This document shows, piece by piece, positions 54,203-64,000 of a stretch of 64,000 bases of DNA. The position numbers were made by a program, and so were the translations under genes. Under the pieces are notes generated by a model, which was not told where the DNA came from, ran no database searches, and was given only the letters and a program-made list of their open reading frames with translations. Every line of letters starts with the position of its first letter. Position 1 is the stretch's first letter. Source of the stretch: Octopus vulgaris (taxonomy: Eukaryota). The stretch is taken from positions 60,326,001 through 60,390,000 of the forward strand of contig OX597830.1 in the NCBI GenBank assembly GCA_951406725.2, read 5' to 3'.

Positions 54203-55458
54203 CTTCTATCTATAAATGGTCTAATATATATATAGCCTTGGTTTTTTTTATTTCATTACGCAAAAATTTCATATATACACACGCTGACATAGAACAAACG
54301 TTGAACCCTTTATTCGCAATAGTACCGAATCTGGAACGTAACTATGGTCTGTCTATAGAACTTATTCAGTATTACCTGACACCTTTGGGTCTCAATGACA
54401 CCATTATCTCTTATAACCTCAACTATATTATATGTATATATATATATATATATTATTATAATTTTGATATTACATAACTTAGCAGTTCGGCAAAAGAAGT
54501 ACCAGGCTTTTAAAAAAGTACTCTGGTCGATTCATTCGACTAAAATTTTTTCAGGTTGAAACTGAGGCACTAAATATAGTTTTCCTTCGTAGTGAATCAT
54601 ATTGATACAAGGTGTCATGGTTGAGTAAATATTCTTTGGGGGCTGTCGATTTATGTGTTGTAAACTCTGCTATGCTTCATGCATTTCGTTTAGTTTCGAG
54701 GTACCAGATTAAATGTCAACATTTAATCTAACAACAACGTCCTGTCTAAGTGATGTTCGCTACCTACACCCGTACATAAACCAGTGTTAGGGTTCTTGGA
54801 ATTCAGGAGATAATTGTATTTTTAAACTTCACTCTTCGACCTACTATATTCAGTTTCTAAAACCTGGCTTCGACAGGTCTTCGAAACTAAACAGCGGATT
54901 CCACCAATTGGATATTTACCTACATTACAAATAACAGAGACTACATGGCATCATTTTAGCCACCAACGGCACAAGAATAACAAGCCATTCTGATTATATT
55001 TCTCCACGTGTTCATTTGACCCACTAGAAATAACAGCTCAACTACTCTTAAACCATACTCTTCACTCTTGTAAAACAAAGGACACATTAAACTATGTGGT
55101 AAACGACTAAACGCTCATGAGTGGAATGCGTTTGTTCATAGGCGTCCTCAGTCAAATGAGACCCAATGCTAAGCTACATCTTTCGACAACACAGATTTTT
55201 AATCTTTACCACTTGAAATAGATAAAGCCCACATGAAATAGATAAAGCCCACATGAGACTTTGGTCACGTGACCCTAAACAAAGACGAAAATCAAATCAA
55301 ATGAGAAGGAAGATAAAATGAAGGCTGTGAAAGTTTTCGTTAATTAACGATAATTAACTTGTGATTCGGTAATGAACCTATAATCAAATAGTTGACTAAT
55401 TAACTTATTTAACCATATTGAATTAAATATTTGCACTGATGTGACATCAGCTCTACTT

Positions 55459-55459
<1 letters not shown>

Positions 55460-55532
<73 letters not shown>

Positions 55533-55808
55533 TATTACAACTGTTGCTGTTTCTGTTAATGATGAGGATCAAGATGATGATGAGGGTAATTATTGTTATC
55601 GTTAATATTATCCTTCTCATGATTATCATATTCTTCATCATCATCATCATTATTATTATCATTATTATTATTATTATTATTATCATTATTATTAATATTA
55701 TTATTATTATTATTATTATCATCATTATTATCATTATTATTATTATTATGACGACGACGGCGGCGACGACGACGACGATGACGATGATGATGATGAGGAT
55801 GAGGATTA
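55460..55808. repeat. Compound trinucleotide array (ACT)n,(GCT)n,(ATT/ATC)n,(GAC/GAT)n
   Basis: Directly visible. Confidence 0.95.
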
Positions 55809-56249
55809 CCACTTTTGATAGTGTCGAATTTTTAATGAACATCCAAGACTACTTCATTGCCAAAACTGGAACCACCACAATGCCAAGACACCCATCCAGC
55901 ATATTGCGTCACTACACGATAACAAACCCAGTAAACAGCTTCGGTAAGTAACTCACTTTGCAAGAAATAATCGCTAACTTAGCCTCAGATCTTAGCATCC
56001 TGTCTTTAAGAACATAAGAACACATTGAACGATGAAATCCTGATACGCTATGCCTTAAAAAAAAGACATATGGTCATGACTGATAAGCTTTCAAACAGAT
56101 TTTACAATCGTGAGAGGAAATTTAAGAACACAATATATTTTAAATGTAAACTGTGCAAATTTTTACGCTGTGTGTGTAAGGCAAGTTTTGCTTGACGCCT
56201 CAGTGAATACGCTTGCGTAACTCAAGTATAACAAGAGACTGACACGATT

Positions 56250-56640
56250 AAAATGAAAGCGATTGTGGCAAGACGTCCTGTGAGACTTGATAACTTCATT
56301 AACGTACTTCTAAAATCTGTTCTTAAGTGTGTACCGAGCTTCATAAGAGAATACTTTGACTTTTTAAACCATCCATTTCGCGAGCAAAACCAGTATGGAC
56401 TCTCTAATTGCCTCATTCGATGTAATAAATCTTTACACCTTAATTCCACACGAATATAAAATAAAAGCTGTACAATCCTGGTTGGAAAAATTTTCTAAAT
56501 GACATACATGACCAAACTGGAAAAATTGAAAAATGATTTTTTTAACTTCAACGACAGCACCCTGAGACAAATATCTGGGACCGCAGTAGGAACGAAGGTA
56601 GCCCCCGCTTGTGATCGCCTTGTCATTGCATTAATGAACA
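56250..56640 (+). pseudogene. Penelope-like element reverse transcriptase fragment
   Basis: IVA..RLDNFINVLLKSVLKCVPSFIREYFDFLNH and NDFFNFNDSTLRQISGTAVGTKVAPA, matching PLE RT motifs (QxxGTAMGTxxAP). Confidence 0.75.
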
Positions 56641-56684
56641 CACCAGACTGAGAGAAATCCAGTCACAATGCTTCGATCGACCAA

Positions 56685-56787
56685 AGACTATAGTAGAAAA
56701 GACTTGCTCAAGGTGACACGCTGTAGGATTGAGCCCGGAAACATTTGGTTGGGAAACAAGATTCTACTACACAGCCACGCCGCCCCT
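56685..56787 (-). mobile_element. SINE family A head fragment
   Basis: Reverse complement of the family A 5' region. Confidence 0.65.
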
Positions 56788-56832
56788 ATATATACATACA
56801 TATGTGTGCGTATGTGTGTATAAATATATATA

Positions 56833-57640
56833 CGAGGTCTGATCAATAAGTATCTGGACTGTTGCCGTAGTAACGAAGCTAAGTTTTAACGTTCTAGCTC
56901 ACTTCCGCTGTTTACAGCAGTGCTTGGAAGGAAGGTGTGTAGCGTGTGATTGTCGCATTGACCATGATTGAGAAAGTTGTCATGGTGACACCTGTTCCGA
57001 GGCCTACTCAAAGATGCAGAAAGTGTATGGAGAGGAGTGTATGAGCCGCGCACAGTGAACGAGTGGTTCATATGTTTCCAAGATGGCCGAAAAATACCGT
57101 TATTAATCAACGTTCTGCAATCAGCAGAACTGAGAAAAAGCATCGCAGATATGCGTGCAACTCTGAAGGGAAATCGTCGAATCCCCATCCGTGAGTTATC
57201 AGAGGATGTGCAGATTAGTAACGTTCAGTTCAGTCCATTATCACTGAAGATTTAGATATGAGACGCGTGTACCAAAATTGCTTTCAGCTGACCAAAAAGA
57301 CACTCGGGTTTCATTTGCACAAGATTTCCTTGATTGTGTCGAGAACGATGAAAACTTTTTGAAAACTTTGCGTAGGCCCCTGAACAGGTATCGCCAAACT
57401 TTTGGCAAAATTTTATATGGATTCTCCGGTCAACTTTCTTTGTCATGTTCAAAGCGATGATCACATGTTATACACCTTCCTTCCAAGCACTGCTGTAAAT
57501 AGCGGAAGTGAGCTAGAGTGTTAAAACTTAGTGCGCATGAACAGCACAGTTCAAGGTCGATCTGTGTCAAGCGGTTTTAGTCTGCGTGCTTTAGCCTCGT
57601 TACTATAGCAGCAGTCCGGATACTTAATGATCAAACCATG
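56833..57640. mobile_element. Mariner-derived fold-back element made of two inverted 5' ends
   Basis: TA-flanked TIRs cgaggtctgatcaataagtatc / gatacttaatgatcaaaccatg; both arms carry the 5'UTR and transposase start (atgattgagaaagttg on +, MTKKVDRRIHIKFCQKFG on -). Confidence 0.88.
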
Positions 57641-57661
57641 TATACACATACACATACAGAC

Positions 57662-57701
<40 letters not shown>

Positions 57702-57913
57702 TATGTATTATTAGTATAGTGTCAACTAATTGATAATGATTATTGTATGCCAAGTAATGAGTATATTTCCGATAGTTAAGTCTTTGGAATTGTTTGTTCC
57801 ATATTACTGGCAAATGAATAATTTCGATTTCCTCTAAAATAACTCTAAGTAGATTAAGGTCGCTTGTTCTGCAAGAAGAAAAGTGAGTGAAAGTGGGCAG
57901 TTCTTATGGCAGA

Positions 57914-57984
<71 letters not shown>

Positions 57985-58205
57985 TATATATATATATATA
58001 TTATTGATATATATATATATATATATATAAAAGTATGTATATATATACATGTACATAGGATTATGCGCGAGGATATATATATATTATCTATGCAGGTATA
58101 CACACACACACACATATATATGTCTGTATAATTGCTCGTTCGTATGTTTGGTGAGAAAACGAGGTAGACGTAGAGTATATGTATTTGTACATGTATTTGA
58201 GCATG

Positions 58206-58255
<50 letters not shown>

Positions 58256-58525
58256 CGTGTGCGCATGTTAAATACATCTATATTTAACTGCTGTTTTGAA
58301 AGCATGTAATTAAATTCTTATTTACAAGAAAATGAGACTCCCCCCCCCCCTTTGCCTTCCTCTAAATAACGAGTAATTTTGCCTAAGGTGCTAAAAGTAA
58401 GAAAACGATGCAAAACGACAAATACGACGTTTCTGTGACGTCACAACGTTTCTCCTTCCTTCATCTTAACTCTGAAATGTTTACAGCTGCTGATTCAATT
58501 GAAAGACAACTTATGCACGCGCACA

Positions 58526-58636
58526 CGCTAACATACACACACTAACACGCACACACTAACATACACACACTAACATACACACACTAACATACACACACTA
58601 CCATACACACACTAACACGCACACACTAACACGCAC
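58526..58636. repeat. 14-bp minisatellite (actaacaYRcacac)n
   Basis: Directly visible, about 8 units. Confidence 0.9.
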
Positions 58637-58754
58637 TCCTCGGTAGACGTTCTACTTTGCCACCATCTTTGCTGCCGTTATAACTGTACTTTTATTTTAC
58701 ACGCTTCATCTGTTCAACCTCAAACGATCTTAAAATCCATGAGTTCTAAACCTA

Positions 58755-59159
58755 TACTCTTTTACTCTTGTACTTGTTTCAGTCATTTGACTGCGGCCAT
58801 GCTGGAGCACCGCCTTTAGTCGAGCAAATCAACCCCGGGACTTATTCTTTGTAAGCCCAGTACTTATTCTATCGGTCTCTTCTGCCGAACCGCTAAGTGA
58901 CGGGGACGTAAACACACCAGCATCGGTTGTCAAGAAATGCTAGGGGGACAAACACAGACACACAAACACACACACACACACACACATACATATATACGAC
59001 AGGCTTCTTTCAGTTTCCGTCTACCAAATCCACTCACAAGGCATTGGTCGGCCCGGGACTATAGCAGAAGACACTTGCCCAATATGCCACGCAGTGAGAC
59101 TGAACCCGGAACCATGTGGTTGGTTAGCAAGCTACTTACCACACAGCCACTCCCGCGCC
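58755..59159 (-). mobile_element. SINE family A, full length
   Basis: Reverse complement closely matches 28199-28597. Confidence 0.93.
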
Positions 59160-59908
59160 TATATGTCTTCGTTTACAATTCTAAAGCAGGTTGTCGCGTT
59201 TGCACAGCCTCCAGGCCAAATCTGACACAGCAGGTCAAACTTATTTCGTCCTTTTATGAGTCTCTTGCTGTACATGATCGAATGTCTTACCTTTTTCCAA
59301 AAGTTAGTCTGTTTTCTAGAGTTATTAAGCTGTTATTTTCAGCATCCCAATCGACCAGGTGGTGGCTCCTTCGTTGGCTGCTACAAGACCAAGTAGTTTT
59401 TGTGTCTACACATATTTGTAGTGTAGGATATGTGAGAGGCCGTAGTCCTTAACTCGTTCTTTACGGATTACTTCATCCAGCTCTGAAAAGTGACGGGACT
59501 TGCTTTCCCTTCTCCGATGAAGCAATATCTCACTTTGTGACGCATGTTTCACCAGAAATGTATTGCCAGAGCTCTTCTGAAGTTGAGATAGAAAAATTTA
59601 CATTCGGTAGGGCAGACGAAACACTTATGTTCAGGAGAGATGGATAACAGAAACCATGGAGTTATCAAAATTCATTTTGTGAAGGCGTCTAAAGATTATT
59701 TCTGTTTTTGTATGGTTTAAAATGCAAATGCTATATTGTAGAGTGAGGGTGGGTGGAGCAAAGAAAAAATAAAAACAAAGTATTAGGAGAGTGAAAGAGA
59801 GAAGGCAGACAGGTAATGAGGCATGGGGAGAAAGAGAGAGAGGGAGAAGAGTGAGGTATGGAGAGAGAAAGCTGAAGGAGAAATATGGTGATAGAAATTA
59901 CAGATCAA

Positions 59909-60141
59909 GGCGGTGAGCTGGCAGAAACGTTAGCACGCCGGGCGAAATGATTAGCAGTTATTCGTCTGTCTTTACGTTCTGAGTTCTAATTCCGCCGAGG
60001 TTGACTTTGCCTTTCATCCTTTCGGGGTCGATAAATTAAATACCAGTTACGCACTGGGGTCGATGTAATCGACTTAATCCCTTTGTCTGTCCTTGTTTGT
60101 CCCCTCTATGTTTAGCCCCTTGTGGGTAGTAAAGAAATAAG
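59909..60141 (+). mobile_element. tRNA-derived SINE family B with Meta-domain-like core, full length
   Basis: A-box-like tggcagaaacgttag, B box gagttctaattcc, core ggttgactttgcctttcatcctttcggggtcgataaa. Further degraded copies at ~13800, 15352, 19375, 19580, 44455 and 61660. Confidence 0.8.
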
Positions 60142-60274
60142 TAATTACAGATTAAGAAAAGAGAATTGGTCTAATTATTTACTTGCGAACATGGCTTTAT
60201 ACCCTATGTATTGCCTGACCAGCCATACACACACACACACTCACAGACTCTCTCTCTCTCTCTCTCTCTCTCTG

Positions 60275-60316
<42 letters not shown>

Positions 60317-61054
60317 AATTATGTATGCATGTGTGTATGTGTTCATGCATACACACACAGAGTAAATATATATACTCACGTATGAAAAACATATATTTTA
60401 CCCTATGATTTAATCACACTTTTCCAAAAAATATATATCGACGTGGTTGATGTTTAGCTTGTACGTCTGTAGTTTGCTTGTTTGCAAAATGAGTCAGATG
60501 TGATCAGAATTTTGAATGCCGAATACACCAGATTGGCCCAACCATTTAGTGCATAGGAGAGGAACATTAGGGTGTTGTAAAGAAGAATGACGGCTCCAGA
60601 AGCTTTTGATGATGCAAGGCAGAAAAAGTAAAAATTGCGCATTTTTTAATCTTGTGATTGAAACATTTTGATCAGTGAATGTTTGTCAATCAGTCAAATG
60701 GTTACAGTTAATGTCGTTTTTTCTATACGCATCTATAGATTAAAAACAAAAAACAGAGTTGTAAAGCATTTTCTCTCTGTGATCAATAAAATATTTCACG
60801 AATGGTTACAAATTCGACCAATTGCTTACCAAGAACAACTACAACAACAACAACATAAAGGCTCGCTACAGCTGTATGCAAAATGGCTTTATGGACCATT
60901 CAGAGTCACACTATAATAATAATAATGTCAACGGCCATTAAAAGATGCTCGACGTGCAATTTCGAAAGTAACAAGCTTTGTCTCCTAAAAGGTAAATACC
61001 GAGGAAAAGTCATTATGTACGGTACTGATGTTTCCTCCAGTAATATACCAACAA

Positions 61055-61420
61055 TCTCTATATATATAAACAGCAAAATGTCTGTCTTTGTGTGTCCTTT
61101 ATACAAATCCACAATTTTTCAGTTAGAGGGCTCGCACTTTCTATGGTCATTCAAAACCGTCCAAGGGTGGTCGTGCACACCTTTACATTTCCCCAGTCAC
61201 CCCGCAAAGCCATTAAAAAATCAATAGAAGTGAATTTTTTGTGAATTTTCTATCCAAAACCCAATCAAAATGCCCGAAACTTGATACGCCAATTGAATGC
61301 CAGCTAACTGTATGTGATTGGTCGGAGATTTGGACAGTACTCGCGTGTATGTGCGCACGCACGCAGCTGTATATGCATGCACTAGCACTATGACTCGGCG
61401 TTGCCGGGTCATAGTACTAG
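61055..61420 (+). mobile_element. Non-autonomous Helitron with palindromic 3' end
   Basis: A|TCtctatatatataaa start, CTAG|T end, 41-nt terminal hairpin at 61381-61421. Confidence 0.82.
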
Positions 61421-62123
61421 TCTATAATAAAGGATTTACAGAACACTCCTACAAACGTTATATCTATGACAGTGCAGCCTCCCATTTTGTCACTGGACTT
61501 CACTAGTCTGTGGCTGAAATATTTACCTTCTTCTTAATAAAAATTCTGGTAAAACTTTTCATGTGCTGCTTAATCACCTCATTTAACACTAAACAACCAT
61601 TTCTGAAGTTAAAAGCACTGGAAATAAAACATGTTCTTTTTAATGTAGATGTTTAGTTTAAAGCGGCGAAACAGGGTAAATTGTTGCGGCGCCGGAAAAA
61701 TCCTGAACAGTATTTCCTCCAACTTCCCGTTCTGAATTCAAATACCTTTCATCCTTTTGAGATTGATAAGTACCAGTTGAATGCTGGGGTCGATGTTATC
61801 GGCTTACAATACTCAACAAAAATTGCTGGCCTTATGCCAAAATTGAAGACCAATATAAATGTTTAGTTTGTCACGAAATAGTTTCAAAAATTCGGAGACT
61901 ATTTTGTAGTGACGTTTAAGGCTTTAGTAGTATGTAGTTCGTGCGTAAAGAGGTTGTTGTAGAAAATTATTCATTTACTGTGTGAGTGGATATATTTGAA
62001 TGTGTAGGATGACGCTATTGAAGAAAATTAGCTTATCGTATCCTGCTGAAGGATGCTTTCGAAATCTGAGTCCAAGTTTTGCATGAGATCTGTTAACTGC
62101 GTGTAATGGTTGTTTGTCTACAG

Positions 62124-62381
62124 CAGTGGTTCTCAACTGGAGTCCATATGACACCTGGGTGTCCACATACCATTTTATGGTTAAAATTTAAATGCAATAA
62201 AATGGTTATACTTCTGCAATACAAAAAATATATCAACAATTTAAAAATAATTTCTTATAAGATTTCATTATAAAAATATAATGGGGATTTTTTAAAACCA
62301 TTGAATAACTATGGGGGTCACCTGGGGGAAATCGGAATCAAGAGGGTCCATAGGAAAAAAAATTATTGTAGAGAATTGCCG
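62124..62381 (+). mobile_element. hAT-like MITE
   Basis: CAGTGGTTCTCAAC 5' TIR, degenerate 3' TIR, colinear with 8991-10110. Confidence 0.6.
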
Positions 62382-62384
62382 GAG

Positions 62385-64000
62385 CAAAAAGAAGACCCTG
62401 AGGATGGCATAGATAGACTATATGGAAGCGTTTGAGAGTGTCCCACATAATTGGCTACTCGAGGCCCTTGAGATATATAATATCTCTTCTGTAATCTCCA
62501 AATTTTTACATCTCCTTCTATACGTTAGTAATGAGCCAATCTAACAACATCAAACGAGGCATCTTTCAAGGTGGCTCCCTCTCCCCATTACTGTCTTGCA
62601 TGTCACTGATCCCATTCTCAAACGAACTGAGTAACACCAGGTATGGGTTCAACATGTATATTATAGTAAATCATCTGTTTTATATGGACGATCTGAAGCT
62701 GTTTGCTAGAAATGACGAAAAGCTAGCAGGGCTGTTAACAACTGTTAAAGAGTTCAGCAAAGACATTGGAATGGATGTTGGCCTTGATAAGTGTGCTAAA
62801 GCAACTTTTGTAAGAGGCAAGCTCAAGCAAACTGCTTCCATTAAATTAGATACTGACACTGCCATCAAGGATCTTGACCCATAAAGAAGCTATAAATACC
62901 AGGGGATAAACGAAGGAGACGGTATACAACATGCTACTATAAAGGAAAAAATACGAAAGGAGTATTACAGGAAAGTAAGACACATACTAAAAACTGAACT
63001 CAACTCCCAAAATCGCATCGAAGCCATTAACACCCTGGCACTTCCAATAGTCTAATACGGTTTTAATCCACAATGGCAGTGAGCAAGTATTTATCTAATA
63101 CAGAGAACTGAATGCTGCAGCTTGTGTACAAAATCGAAAGCAGCAAAATATCACATTCTGTTGTCAAGGAAGCTGGCAAATTCGCAAGGGAAATCGGCAT
63201 TAACCCTGAATTAGAGGAAGAACCTGAAACCGCTTCCTCCAAACAAGCAAAATGGATCAAACAGACTGCAAAAAAGAACAGGTAGAAACAAATTGAGGAG
63301 CGGTGGAGCCAGAAGTCTCTGTATGGACAATATATACTTCGAAGTCGAAATTCTGATGTAGTCCAAGCAACAGCCCTGAAAGCAGAGACTGAAGGTTTCA
63401 TATTAGCAGCACAAGATCAAACTTGCTTACCAAAAACTACCAGGCTAACGTTCTTCAAAACGGTTCTGACCCTAAATGCAGATTCTGCGATATATTTGAC
63501 GAAACAATAGACCATCTTGTCTCGGGATGTCCTGTACAGACACCAAACGAATACAAAAATTACCACGATAGGATAGGACAGTATTTATATTGGAAAATAT
63601 GTAAACACTACAAAATCATCTCTCCTGCGTACTGGTATGAACATCATCCTGAGCCAGTCGTTGAAGGTAAAACTGTCACTGCCCTCTGAGATTTTCCACT
63701 CAACACTGATAGAATGATCCGCGCTCATCGACCAGACATAGACATTAAAGGCAGAGAAGAAAATACTTGCAGGCTAACAGTTCCCGCTGATAAATATATA
63801 TCTGTAAAGGAATTTGACAAATTAAGCAAGTATAAGGACCTGGAAATTGAAATACAAAGGATGTGGCATCTTAAATCGAGAACTGTTCCTGTTATTGTGG
63901 GTGCCCTAGGTATGATAAGAAAGGAATGTCAGAAACATCTAGATAATATCCCCGGAGAACCATATCTCAAAGAAATCCAGAAGATTGTACTGACAACTAC
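62385..64000 (+). mobile_element. R4/Dong-clade non-LTR retrotransposon, disrupted RT + CCHC + RLE (runs off the window)
   Basis: IDY.EAFESVPHNWL, RGIFQGGSLSPLL, HLFYMDDLKLFA, GLDKCAK, ETEGFILAAQDQ, CRFC..DETIDHLVSGC, HRPDI and KYKDLEIEIQRMW..VPVIVGALG; stops and deletions. Confidence 0.92.

Larger units (their letters stand above)
53950..54278. mobile_element. Inverted PLE pLTR-like palindrome (arms 53950-54106 and 54123-54278)
   Basis: Near-perfect ~156-bp inverted repeat with 16-nt spacer, next to (TA)n; each arm carries a hammerhead motif. Confidence 0.85.

Overview
Eukaryotic, AT-rich, almost entirely repetitive DNA (intergenic or intronic). The SINE families and dense (TA)n/(ATGT)n/(AGAT)n/(CA)n microsatellites point to an Octopus (cephalopod) genome; this is inferred from repeat content, not from a search. 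No host protein-coding gene, rRNA, true tRNA or CRISPR array can be supported, and most listed ORFs are microsatellite translations. The window holds degraded mobile elements: four Tc1/mariner-superfamily elements (three near full length, one fold-back), a rosa/DD41D-type relic, a probable Sola relic, piggyBac and hAT MITEs, Helitrons, RTE, HERO, R4/Dong and L1/Tx1 LINE fragments, Penelope-like (PLE) pieces and three tRNA-SINE families. Most notable: (1) a ~330-bp palindrome with a variant minimal hammerhead-ribozyme motif on each arm (53950-54278), plus a second family of hammerhead-like PLE ends docked in (TA)n; (2) a 558-bp non-autonomous RTE derivative with a 15-bp TSD, a highly structured 5' end and its partner LINE 3' end in the same window; (3) a recent 849-bp templated duplication flanked by a 200-bp direct repeat with 2-nt microhomology at both junctions. 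All coordinates were read by eye, so the ends of degraded elements are approximate.
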